DNA of 64,000 nucleotides from Octopus vulgaris (GCA_951406725.2 OX597814.1:34782001-34846000), one strand, 5' to 3'; positions 15,538-27,374 are shown, counted from the first letter of the stretch. Notes: generated by a model from the sequence alone, not told the origin. Made by a program: numbers and translations.

Positions 15538-16578
15538 TTAGTGTCGATGTTTGAAAGTAAAAATGATACCGCTGCGTTCATTAAGACTATCCGTGGATGG
15601 CAAAATGGCTTAGACCTCGGCTATGCAGAGATCACACTTGTTATTATAGTTACTGTATGGTTTGCCATGGGTGACTATGGACTACTTGAGAGTGTAAGAA
15701 GTTGAACCAATCTAGTTTATTGATAAGCTGAGATAACGATATACGGTTAGATTTTGTTTGAGACTTGAAACTGGAGTAGTGGTTGTTCATTCTAGCTTTG
15801 AAGGTGGTGCTGCATGAATCGATATATATGTAGTTAGAGTTAGCAGCTGATACTGTACACTTGCAAACTATGTTTTTTGTGAGACAGCGGTTATCTAACG
15901 CACAGGTGTGTGGGTGTCTGAAGCTGCATAGATTTGTATGGCGTGCTCCAGATGAACTTGTGAGGGGATTATTATTTAGTGAGGAACCTGTGTTAGGTTC
16001 GTTATTATTGCTGGCGTTAAGATTATTATTTGAGGTTGATGTTGTTGGATTATATAATATGATAATTATCTTGCCCGTTGCTATCGTCTGTGTCGTTCTC
16101 TATTTTTACAAGAGGTATAGATGAGCGTGGTAGTAAATTTAAGGAACGGGTGTTAGTAGTAGAATTATAGTTGGAATTATGAGGGTTAGTTTTAAGTAGG
16201 GGGCAGTTGGTGTTTTGTGTCTATATGTAAGGAGTTCGGAGTTATGTTGAGTTAAGTTATTAGGGTGGGGGTTATCTGGTTGTGGACATCTGAGTTTCTT
16301 GTTTATAAGATGTCGGATAACGCCGCCGATGTTGGTGGTGGTGGAGTAAGACAATTTTATAGATTGGGATTATATTCGCCTAATGGAGCTAGATTTAACG
16401 AAATGTTTTTCGAGTAGGGCGAAGAAGAGTTTAGGTACTCGAGTCTGAACATTAGGGGCGAAGGTGGTGAGGAACCAGGTAACATTCCAGGCTTTTATTC
16501 GTTTAATCCGTTTAGGAAGGTTAACTGGGTGGGTATAGGGTTTGGGAGGTGCACGCTGGTGTCTGTTTCGATGAGTTG

Positions 16579-16580
<2 letters not shown>
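15538..16580 (-). mobile_element. Decayed Penelope-like element: RT thumb/linker plus C-terminal GIY-YIG endonuclease (Naiad-like by motif)
   Basis: NVTWFLTTFAPNVQTRVPKLFFALLEKHF, SYSTTTNIGGVI, CSFRHPHTCALDNRCLTKNIVCKCTV..YIYIDSCSTTFKARMNNHYSSF..KPYSNYNNKCDLCIAE..LNERS..KHRH. Stops and frameshifts. Confidence 0.85.
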
Positions 16581-16617
<37 letters not shown>

Positions 16618-16726
16618 CATACATACATGAATTGATTTAAGACGAGTATTTTCTATTGCACAAACCTAAATCCATTATTTTCTTTTATTGCATTTACCTT
16701 TCTTTATTTGTAAACTTATGTCTATA

Positions 16727-18070
16727 GTTAGTGGGTAGCGATTTTCTTCACTACTTCAGTGAGTGACGACCTTGCCTGACATGAATCCCGGGCTCAGCTG
16801 GCTCCAGCTGACAGTACCCGGTATGGGCTCCTATCTAGGGTTACGGAAAGGAGACAACCTTCAGAGAAATCCGGAGTGGAGCCCCGTAGGCGGTTTAGTG
16901 TTCGACTCGAATCTCTTCCGGCAGCTCCTGGAACCAAGCAGGTGCCAAACGTAATGCTCTGCACTCCTTTGGACTACGTCAGCAAGGTCGAGAAAGGAAT
17001 ACTGACTATTGGGATACCCAGGATTTTCTTACATCTAGCCCAGGCTTGCGCAAAACTGGAGAGGAAACTCCAGTGCTACTGCAAAAACTGTCAGAAAAAG
17101 CATTGGAGGTAGTAGCTACGAGTGATAAGTCCATTATGATTGGGGTAGGATACGGGCGCTACGGGTAACCTCTGACAGTGGGAGGGACCCGCGTGTCCCA
17201 CCGATCAGTTACTGCCTACCGCAAGCTGTGCAGCCCCCCGTTAATAAGGTACTGACCTGCCACAGGCCGCCTGCTTCATTAGGTGCTTGGAGCTAATAGT
17301 TTGACTTCAAAAGCGGCCTGCAACCTCTGCATCAGACAAACAATCAAAAGACAACACACCATCAGTCCTGCGATTAGCAAGATGGAACGTCAAGGCTATG
17401 TGCTCTGGCATAACTGATGACCTACTCTGGTTTGAAGACAAAAGAAAGACGACCATCATCGACCGCGAACTACAGAGGCTCAACATAGACATTGCTGGAC
17501 TGCAGGAGACGAGACTCCCCTCAGACGGCAGACTCTCCTCAGACGGCAGACTCAAAGACCAGGATTTCACCTTCTTTTTGCAGGGAAGAGATCCAGAGGA
17601 ACCTCGTCAGCATGGTGTTGGCTTTGCAGTGAGAAACTCATTACTCTCCTCAATAGAACCCCCATCAGGAGGCACTGAGCGTATCCTATATCTGCGCTTC
17701 TTAAGCTCTTCTGGCCCAGTACATCTACTGTGCATCTATGCTCCTACTCTCTGCAGCTCAGAAGAGACCAAGAACCAGTTCTACATAGATCTGAACTGTG
17801 TCATTAGAAACATACCAACCAGCGAAAACATCTAGCTTCTAGGACACTTTAACTCTCGCGTGGGATCTGGCGATGGCTCGTGGCCCATTTGTGTCGGACA
17901 TTTTGGCATTGGCAATATGTATGACAATAGTTAGAGACTGCTCGAATTTTGCACATACCATAACCGGTGCAACTCCAACATATTCTTTGCCAACAAGCCA
18001 TCCCACAAGGCATCTTGGAGCCATCCAAGATCTCAACACTGGCACCAGTTGTATCTCGTCATCACACGCT
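16727..18070 (+). mobile_element. 5' part of an RTE-clade LINE: structured 5' UTR plus disrupted APE endonuclease
   Basis: WNV, DIAGLQETRL, HGVGFAV, IYAPT, LLGHFN, WSHPRSQHWHQL motifs from ~17370 to 18065. In-frame stop at 17833-17835. 18-bp internal duplication (PSDGRL/SSDGRL). Confidence 0.92.
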
Positions 18071-18189
18071 TATATTACGTCATCACAATGCTCATATTAC
18101 AAATTTTTATTAATATCATCCTTTATTTTAAATAGACTGAGAATGTCTCAAAATGTTTCTTTCTTGCATACAATATATTCAGCTGTATA

Positions 18190-19372
18190 GTCAGAAAAAT
18201 CCCTTCAGGTAGATATCCCTGCTCGATCTTTAGAAAAAGATGTACACGATGTAACCTATGGACACATAAGAGGTGCAGGAATATCAAAGGAAGGTTAACT
18301 CGGAAGATTGTTTTTCTCTGTGGCAGATGCACAGGGGCGAGGTATACCGAAGATATAAAGAAAACATATTTCATCACATGCCAAGGGGTAACATTAGAAG
18401 TAGTTGATAGCTTCAATTACAGAGGTGACCAGATCGGTAACGGGGGTAGACACTCTGAGAGCATAATGGCTAGAATAAGAATATACTGGGAAAAGTTCAG
18501 AGAGCTCCTTCCTCTGCTGGTAACAAGTGGCCTTTCGCTCAGCGTGAAAAGTAGACTCTATGATGCATGTGTGCAAAGAACTATGCTACACGGCAATGAA
18601 ACATGGGCTTTGACTGCTGAGGACATGCATAGTCTTGAAAGCAATGAAGCTAGTTGGTTCCGCTGGATGTGTAATGTCTGTGCACGCACGACAGAGTGTA
18701 AGCGCTCTGAGAGAAGAGTTGGATATAAGAAGCATCAGATGTGGTGTGCTAGAGAGACGACTGCGTTGGTATGGTTATGGTTGCGTATGGATAGGGACAG
18801 CAGTATAAATATGTATCACACCCTAACAGTGGAGGGAACCTGTGGAAGAGGTAGATCCAGGAAAGTATGGCATAAGTTGGTGAAGCACGAACTTTGAACG
18901 TTGGGCCTCACAGAAGCAATGACGAGCAACTGAGACCTTTGGAGATATACTGTGCTTGAGAAGACCCGGCAAGCCAAGTGAGATAGTAGCTGTGGCCGAT
19001 GCCAATGTCTCATAACTGGTTAGTTTAAAAGTGCCCTGCAATCGTCGGGCAATATGCTGTGCTTGAGAAGACCTACTGAGTCAAGTGAAATCGTAGTCGT
19101 GGCGGACAACAGCGCCGCCTGACTGGCACCCGTGTCGGTGGCACCTAAAAAGCATCAACGGAGCGTGGTCGATGCCAGTGCCACCTGAGTGGCCCCCGTG
19201 ATGGTGTCACATAAAAAATACCCACCACACTCTCAGAGTGGTCGACGTTAGGAAGGACATCCAGCTGCAGAAAACTTGCCAAATCAGATTGGAACCTAGT
19301 GCAGCCTCCTGTCTTGCCAGTCCTCAGTTAAACCATGCAACCCATGCCAGCATGGAAAGCGGACGTGGAACA

Positions 19373-19428
<56 letters not shown>

Positions 19429-19440
19429 AATGATGATGCT
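18190..19440 (+). mobile_element. 3' part of an RTE-type LINE: PHD-like finger, RT C-terminus, 3' UTR and (ATG)n tail
   Basis: CTRCNLWTHKRC..CGRC, LEVVDSF, WEKFRELLPLL, HGNETW, RRLRWYG, GRGRSRKVW. The UTR ends AACCCATGCCAGCATGGAAAGCGGACG-(ATG)n. Confidence 0.92.
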
Positions 19441-20559
19441 GTTAAGCAAATCTAAGCATTTAGTTTTTTTTTGCTCACTATATATAAAATTTGTTTGTGT
19501 TTTTCAACATCATTTCCCAGCGTTAAGCAATATCCTTCGTTTCTTTTAAGCTAATATGCTAAAACTTTCAACATTTCTGTAAGGTGGGAATGTGACTTTT
19601 ATCAGAGCACCTACTATCCATGTACAAATAAAATTCCTCTATGTACGATACTTAATGTAAATGCATCGATGAAAGGCAAATTACTGCACGTTTCATTCAG
19701 AAATAAAATCACTTATGGACCGCAGTAACCTGCTTTTTGACAATATATTTATATTAAGTATGATACATAAATGCTTATTTTAATTTAATCCTGTTCCTAT
19801 TGCTTATAACAAGTAATCATCCGTTTTATTTATTCTCAAGCCTTTTATAGACCAAAATACTAACCTCAGGTGCGCTGGCGCACTACATCTTTAATTTCAC
19901 TAGAACGGTTATGTTTTTCCACAATAGTTGGGTATGCATCACTGTTCATCCTACGAGCCCAATCAATGGCCCTAACTCTTCTCAATGCAACTCACCTGCA
20001 TATCACCTCCGAATCCCACATTAAACATTTTCCGAAAACATTTATCTCCAAATATAGCAGCCTGACTTCTATATTAAGGAGGATTTGAAAACGACTTACC
20101 CACTTATTCTTTACATTTCCTTCACGCACGGTCCTTAACATTTCATTATCTAATTCCATCTCGTACAAAGCATTTTGTGACGTATTTCCCCTCACCAAGA
20201 GAGAGGAGTCATTTCTCTGGAATGTGCACCCAACCAGTGCTTAGTCCTGGGCCATTAAGCGAAACTTACAAAATTGAATCACCAAATAAATTGCGAGTCT
20301 TTTACTAGATATACAATTTTCCATCTTTTAGTGTCTTTCAATCGTGAATATAAATCTATAAATCTGAAGTGCTGTATCTGAATGTTTCTTTTGTGTGATG
20401 TTCAAAGAAACATATTTTTTTCTTTCACTGTTTTTCTTACATTTCATTGCAATCGTTTCTTCCATTTCAGACTGTCCATTTCAATAAAGATTTCCACCTA
20501 ATTTCACTTCCTATACTATATTTTGTCTTTTAAGATTTTTTCCTTTTCCCTTATCTACC

Positions 20560-20975
20560 AAATCTACAGTAAAGTGGTTTCGTTTAGAATACTTCTGAAG
20601 TCTTCAATTGCTATTCTTTGCTTGTTTACTTTGTGAATTATACTCACTTATTGATTTAAGATATTTTTTAGAACTGTAACACCGATTCGAACTTCTCAGA
20701 TAATTTAATAGCACAAAAACGTCTTTCTCCTTTTAAAAATATTTTTGCTTGGTTTCCAGCATGATCTGGAAGTAAAAGAAACTTTTTTTCGTTTAAAATG
20801 TCTCAATTAAAGTGTGAAAATGCCTAATTTTACTTATAGTGCTCCTACACACTTTTTAAAGTGGATTAATTTGTAAGGCGGTGCAATAACCATGATCTTT
20901 ACATGCCTTCCCATTATAGAAATACATCACAGCTGATGTACAGTTTCAACAGCTCAAAGTCGATGTCATTAGGAA
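20560..20975 (-). mobile_element. Very decayed Mutator (MULE)-like transposase relic (tentative)
   Basis: Minus-strand pieces DFE, LLLP and AIEDFRSILN in roughly the order expected for MULE DFExA..H..TNNxxExxH. Heavily interrupted. Confidence 0.3.
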
Positions 20976-21258
20976 AAAATGAAAGTGAAACAGATTTCTA
21001 GTGTTTTGACGTTTTTCAGGAGACTCAGTGGGGGAGACTGAGTAACTCAGTAGTTTGAGCATTACAAGGAGAAGGGGCATAATGACAGGAACTCAAAGGG
21101 AAAGACTAAATGTTTGAGATAAGACTTAGTGAAAGTAGTAAGCAGAAACAGAGGATATTGCCGTAGTAATGGGATAAGCAAAGTGAAGAGACATTTTTGC
21201 CAAGCAGTTATTTATTTATTTATTTATTTATTATTATTATTATTATTATCATTATTTA

Positions 21259-24200
21259 TGGGTTTTTCTTCTTCTTTCAAATTTGCTTCCATTTCTTGCC
21301 GAGTGTCCTCCCGACTTCTAGGGCAAAGAAACTCATAGTATACATTGGTAGGCCATTAAACTAAACTCACTAGGTCGTTCATTTTTTTTTTGATAGAAAT
21401 AAAGTTAAATTAAAATACATGGGTAGTAATAGTTCTCACATCGACAATGCTCTTCTCAATACGTGTGATGTACCAGTTAAGACAATCTTTTGCACTTTTT
21501 GCAGGGATGGTAAGCCAGGGATCATTCTCATATAATTTTCGGTTCCCTTCTTGATCATTCCTAGTGCTCCTACGATCACTGGTATTAAAACCGCCTTGAG
21601 ATGCCACATTTTCTCAATTTCAATGAGCAAGTCAAATTCTTTCGCCGAGATATTATGATCACAGGGGATGCTCATGTCGATCAATAAGCAAACTTTATTG
21701 TTTTGGTCTTTCACAACAATATCCGGTTTATTGGCTTTGATGGTTCGGTCTGTATGCACTGGAGAGTCCCACAGATGGGTTACATTTTCTCCTTCAGTTA
21801 CAGCTTCAGGGTGGTGATTATACCATTTGTCAGCAGTTTTGATATTGTAATGCCGACTTATTAGCCAGTGTAGATATTTGCCAACTCTGTCATGTCTTAA
21901 TTTATACTCCACTGGGGCTAAGACTTTACATCCAGAGATTAGGTGGTCCACTGTTTCAATCATGTCGTTGCAGAATCGGCATTTTGGGTCTGCTCCATTT
22001 TTCATGACAATGGCCTGGTAGTTCCGGGTTAATAGGCTTTGATCTTGAGCAGCCAGGATGAAACCTTCGCTCTCTGCTTTTAGCCCTGAGCTCCGTAGCC
22101 ACTGGTGGGTTTGCTTCTGGTCAACATCAGCTTGTTTGCTACGGGCCACATATTTGCCGTGCAGAGGTTTCTCCTCCCACCTATCAGCCAATTGCTCGTG
22201 CACCTTTTTTCGTTGCCATTATTTTCACCTTCTTTGCAACAACAGTTGCCGTACTTCCCTCGGGTTGTTCAGTTTGGGTATCCTGCACGAGATCAATAGC
22301 AATGTTTTTATTTTCCTTTATGATAGAATGAAGCTTCTTTCGTCTCTCGTGATTTTCCACGAACTTTAGCATCCAGTCATTTGTTATTTCAAGATATTTG
22401 GCCAGTCCAATTGTGGTTGTTTTGTAAGCTAGTTCAAATTGGATCAGACCTCGACCTCCTTGGGCTCTGGGGAGGTAAAGGCGATCTACGTCTGCCTTTG
22501 GGTGGTGCATCCTATTACAACTCAGCAGCTTGCGTGTTTTCCTATTTATTTTCTTTACTTCACTCATATTCCAATTCAACACATTGTAGCTATAAGTAAC
22601 AACTGTAACTGCTAAGGAATTTATAGCTAACACCTTGTTACGTGCATTTAGTTCAGATTTCAGGACTGCTCGAACTCTCCTATAACATTCCTTCCTGATC
22701 TTCTCTTTCATGCTTGCATGCTGAATACCAGAGCCTTCATTTATCCCTAAATATTTGTAGGTTTGTTCTTGCTCAAGCTCTGTTATGACTGTGTCAACAT
22801 CTAACACGACTGAATTTGTGGTCTTCACTCTCCCTTTCTGGAAAGTGGCCTTGGCACACTTCTCAAGCCCAAACTCCATCCCGATGTCATCACTGAATGC
22901 TTTCACAATGTGCAATAGGCCTTCAAGTTCATTATCGTCTTTACCATAGAGTTTTAAGTCATCCATATAAAATAGATGGCTTATTTTTTTATTGACAATT
23001 TTATACCTATACCCTGTTCTGTTTAATTCACTTATAAGGGGTATTAGGGCTATGCAGAATATTAGAGGTGAAAGTAAGTCACCTTGAAAATGACACAGTT
23101 GATGTTTATATTCTCTGAGGCAAGTACTCCATTAGAGTGGTATAATTGGAGATTCGTATTCCACAACGACATATTATGCTTCAGGAAGCTTGAAATCACA
23201 GGGGAAATTTTGAAGATGTCCAGAGATGAATGCGGTATACTGTCGAAGGTCTTTTTATAGTCAATCCATGCGGAGCTGAGATTTCTGCGATTGTTGTGAC
23301 AGTTCTCAAGGATCATACGACTAATTAGCAGTTGATCTTTGAATCCGTATGAGCCTCGGCGGCACCCTTTTTGTTTAGTGGGGAAAATATCGTTCTTCTC
23401 CATGAATGCATATGTTTTCTCCGCCAGGATAGATGTTAGGATCTTATACGTGGTGGATAAACAGGCTATAGGCCGACAGTTTTTTGGAAGTTTGGTTTCG
23501 TTATTCTTTGGGAGTAGGTAAGTAATACCACTTGCTAACCATTCAGGTGTTTTCTTTGGGTCTCTCATAATTCCATTGAGCAGCTGAACTAGCTTACCGT
23601 GTGTGCATGGGAGCGATGAGAGCCAGAAATTCGGCACCCTATCTTTACCGGGGGATTTCCAATTATGGGCCTTCGTGAGTGCCTTTCTTAGGTCTGCTAC
23701 TGTGATGTCTTCCCATGCTTGTTGTAAATTTTGGTAGGATCCTTCTGTTTGTATAATCCACTCTGCATTTATGTTGTACGTCTTCTCATCACTCCAAATC
23801 CTTTTCCCAAAGTTTTGAACTTCTTCCATGGGAGGGGGGTCTTTAACAGTTACTTTCTCCTTCCCTATTTCTCTGTAGAATTTTTTGGCATTGGATGTGA
23901 ACAGCTTATTTTGCTTGTAAAACTTGTTTCTCTTCTCAAATCTTCGTATTTTTTTAGCTTTTGCTTGGACTTTTTGTTTCAGCGTTTCTTTTATTGATAT
24001 CAGTTCTTCTCTTGGTGAGGATCCAAATTTTCTCTTCATCTTTCTTCCTGTTCTGGATCTTACATCATTTCCACATATTAGTTCATTTAATATTGATATT
24101 TCCCCCCTCCTAAATTCAATCTCTTTTGCAATTTTGCTTCTCCAGGTTTGATTTCTTCCCAGGTTTGGTTTACTTTGTTTTTTCGGGGGCATACAGCTGG

Positions 24201-25063
24201 TTTCAATTGCCCTAGCAGAAGCGTAAATAATTTCATTTAACTCAGTAAACCAGGTTTTAATTCTTGTATTATTTCATTTGTTACATAGTTGCCAATTTTG
24301 ATTTGTTTTTTATTTTGGTTTGTATTTGAGAGCTTATGAAGTGGTTCTCTATCATTCATACTTGTATATCTTACAACTTCAAGCGTGTTCAGGATTTTCT
24401 GCCTCATTTCTGCTATAGACTCTCTGTGTTCTTCAGCAAATGCGAGATCTTCAGTTACTGTTGTTTTATCATTTTCCTGACTATCTTTAACAGGTTCAAT
24501 AGAATTTCTTGTATCTTCAGGCCTTTACGTACTTTGGTCAGATGGCAGTCTTTCAATTGAGCCTCGTGGCGGGCTTTTCTGTTCATCTGATTCTTCATTT
24601 CCTTTGTGTCTTATATTTATGTCATTTTCCGTTGCGTGCTTGATCGCGCTTATTTCACTGTCTGTGAGTCTATTATTTCTAAGGATATCCCTCCTCACAT
24701 TTGTCAATTTGTTCTCGTCCAAATAGGGCCTACTGTCTTGATTCCGTGTTCTCCATATACTGTAATAGTTTGCGGTGTGTCTCTCTTGAGATGGCCTACC
24801 TAATGCATAGTAATAAGCGTATATTACTTCTTTATACTCTCCTCGTGTCCATTTATTCCGCTTACATTTTTCTTTCTGTGGTGGTTGTGGTGGTGAACTT
24901 GGAGGGCTCGAGTTGGGGAATATCCCGTTCAAGTGACCATCCATGTCCGTATTCGGAGAAGAGTTTTTGCCAGTTGATGACTTTTCGATCCCAGGCTGGC
25001 TCTTCCCTGGGGGACGCGCTTCCAGATTAACCATAGGACAAGCGATTTGGTATACTGATTTAG

Positions 25064-25067
<4 letters not shown>
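21259..25067 (-). mobile_element. Near full-length R4/Dong-clade non-LTR retrotransposon (RT + CCHC + RLE), frameshifted
   Basis: ORF pieces from ATG 25034 to stop 21436: KWTRGEYKEVIYAYY N-terminal domain, WKSPGKD, RPIACLSTTYKILT, WIDYKKTFDSIPH, YMDDLKLY, GGRGL, CRFC..ETVDHLISGC, RHD, KPDIVV, LIDMSIP. (TAA)n at both ends. Confidence 0.97.
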
Positions 25068-25122
<55 letters not shown>

Positions 25123-25123
<1 letters not shown>

Positions 25124-25588
25124 TCTTGGATGAGAGAGCAGTGCATGCCATCAGAGTGGCAATGGGGTACAAATATACGAAACCCAATATGCCCATCATG
25201 ACTACCCGTCTGATAAGCGTACTCTGGGTACATGCGTCACAACCATGTGTACGTTTATCATATCAAGATAAACAACGCATGACTTTGAAGATGGGGCCCA
25301 ATCAGAATGTATTATTATTATTATTATTATCATTGAGTGAGAGAGCAGTTCATGCCATCAAAGTGACACTGGGGTAAAATATACGAAGCCCAATATACCC
25401 ATCATGACTACCCGTCTGATAAAGGTACACCAGGCACATGCATCACAACCATATGTGCGCGACATGGTGATCTCATATCAAGATAAACAGCACATGACCT
25501 TGCAGGTGGAGCCCAGTTAGAATTTTCTTCAGGTTGAGTAACCCATCCCGCTCAAACGGTCCCTGAAAAAGGGTTGTTTAAGGATGTT

Positions 25589-25590
<2 letters not shown>
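25123..25590 (-). mobile_element. Two copies (25123-25310, 25333-25590) of a short non-coding (TAA)n-tailed retroposed unit
   Basis: Both share GAGAGAGCAGT.CATGCCATCA..CCCATCATGACTACCCGTCTGATAA..TCATATCAAGATAAACA. They are separated and flanked by (TTA)n. Confidence 0.8.
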
Positions 25591-25647
<57 letters not shown>

Positions 25648-25649
<2 letters not shown>

Positions 25650-25778
25650 TATACTCACAACAGATTAGACTGTTGGAAAAGTAAGATTACTAACATCAGG
25701 CTACAAGTAACCTTAGATGCCAAGTACCCTCCTAAGTATTATCGCTATCTCTAATAACACTGTTTTATGGAGCTCGTT
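25648..25778 (-). mobile_element. 3' tip of another R4-like element
   Basis: ELHKTVLLEIAIILRRVLGI* is a typical RLE-LINE ORF end. Homologous tip at ~27210-27278. Bordered by (TTA)n and (TTC)n. Confidence 0.75.
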
Positions 25779-25929
25779 TCTTCTTCTCCTTCTTCTTCTT
25801 CTTCTTCTTCTTCTTCTTCTTCTTCTTCTTCTTCTTCTTCTTCTTCTTCTTCTCCTCCTCCTTCTCCTCCTCCTCCTCCTCCTCCTTCTTCTTCTTCTTC
25901 TTCTTCTTCTTCTTCTCTTCATACTTTCT

Positions 25930-26140
25930 GACTTACTTAGGTTCGTTCATATTCCCAGTAGAATTTATGTGGATAGCAGGTTACTTCCTGTAACCTTAGA
26001 TATCGAAAATCTTTCAATAGTCTTTTAAGTGCTTAAGACTCTCCTGATAATCTTTCCTATTTCTAAGAGGCAAGCTATCTGTAGAAGTTCTATAGGACAT
26101 TCTATTTCAGTCTCCTTCAACCATTAGTCTATATCTTTGC
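25930..26140 (-). mobile_element. 3' end of a further R4-like element
   Basis: FVPILTGTLG..WLKETEIECPIELLQIACLLEIGKIIRRVLST* across a frameshift. Confidence 0.7.
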
Positions 26141-26384
26141 TCACAGTTTCCCAATGTACCAGTTAGTATAGGCACAAACTTTATTATTATTATTCGATGA
26201 AAACTCCCAGCTTATTTGCTGGATATGATGGATAGTGTCAGCTGTCCACAGCCAGCAGACTAAGGTAACTCTTATTTACTGGTCATACTTCAAGAACCCT
26301 GCAAAGAATTCTTGCACTCCCAAGCAACGCTGATTATTGTAGGTGTACTACCTGTACATTTGTACCACTCTTTTTCAGCCATGT

Positions 26385-27140
26385 TGGTAATTAAGTGCTG
26401 ATACACCAAAGTGCGCCAATTACTATCGGTATCACGCCTACTTTCTTCATTGACCACAGCCTTCGTATATCCCACTTTAAATCGCCGAAATTTTTCAGTT
26501 TTTCCTCTTTCTTTTTCATCCTGTTGTCACCTGGATATGCTATGTCGATTATCATGCATGTTCTTTCTTTTCTATTCACCACAACAAAGCCCGATTCCGG
26601 TGTCTGGTCAAGTGATTGCACTGAATCATTGCATCCCATAGGATTTTGCAATCTTCATTCTCGATGACTCCCTCTGGGCTTTGCTCAAGTCACGCCTTTG
26701 GTCTTTGTAGACCGTGATTTCCACGGAGCTCCCAATAGATCATTCTTGCCGCATTGTCATGTCGTCTTTTGTATTCGCGTTGAGCCAATTTCGGGCATTC
26801 ATTACCATATGCCTTACCGTTACACTCATCTCACTACACATTCTCTATTCGCTGTCGGTAGTGTTGTCGATTCTGTACTTCACATAGTTTGTAGTTAACG
26901 CTTGTTCTTGTGCTGCGCATATAAGTGATTCTGTCTCTATCTTCAGGTCACTCCTCCTCATACATAGCCACCAGTTTTCTGCATCTGCCGTGACGTTAGT
27001 TTCTCTTGCAGACTGACCGTACATTTTTCTCCTTCTATGCTTTTTCTGTTTTTCAGTTCTTTTCCCCTTTAAGTTTTTCTTTCTTTACACAATTATCAGT
27101 TTTAATAACGCCAGACTTCTTCATATGTTTCAACAATGAT
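26385..27140 (-). mobile_element. Decayed R4-like fragment (post-RT region, CCHC, RLE)
   Basis: LKIETESLICAAQEQALTTNY, ECPKLAQREYKRRHDN, ILWD, CMIIDIAYPGD, VIPIVIGAL. Confidence 0.88.
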
Positions 27141-27330
27141 TCCACGGTATTTTTTTCTATACCACCATAGTTTCATACACACACAACATATTAAACAGTT
27201 GGAAAGAGTTCCTAACACCGGGCTACAGCAAGCAACCTTAGATGCCAAGAACCCTCCTAAATATTCTAGCTGTACATTATTTACATTAGTTACAATTGAC
27301 AGATATTTGTCTTCATCTTGTTTGTTGTTA

Positions 27331-27374
27331 ACACAACGTTTCGGCTGATATACCCTCTAGCCTTCATCAGGTGT
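27331..27374 (-). ncRNA. Minimal type I hammerhead ribozyme motif (Penelope pLTR type)
   Basis: ACAC-CTGATGA-A-GGCT..AGCC-GAAA-CGTT-GTGT: intact core, stem I, stem II and palindromic AACGTT stem III. Confidence 0.75.

Noticed and set aside
16727-19440. A single internally deleted RTE element
   Set aside because: The APE and RT-end pieces are separated by ~120 bp of unrelated AT-rich sequence, no TSD is visible, and they may belong to different RTE families. Kept as two features.
24525-25199. 224-aa ORF with a poly-Asn tract as a novel fusion protein
   Set aside because: Chance in-frame read-through from the neighbouring repeat across (AAT)n into the Dong-like ORF. The likely start is ATG 25034.
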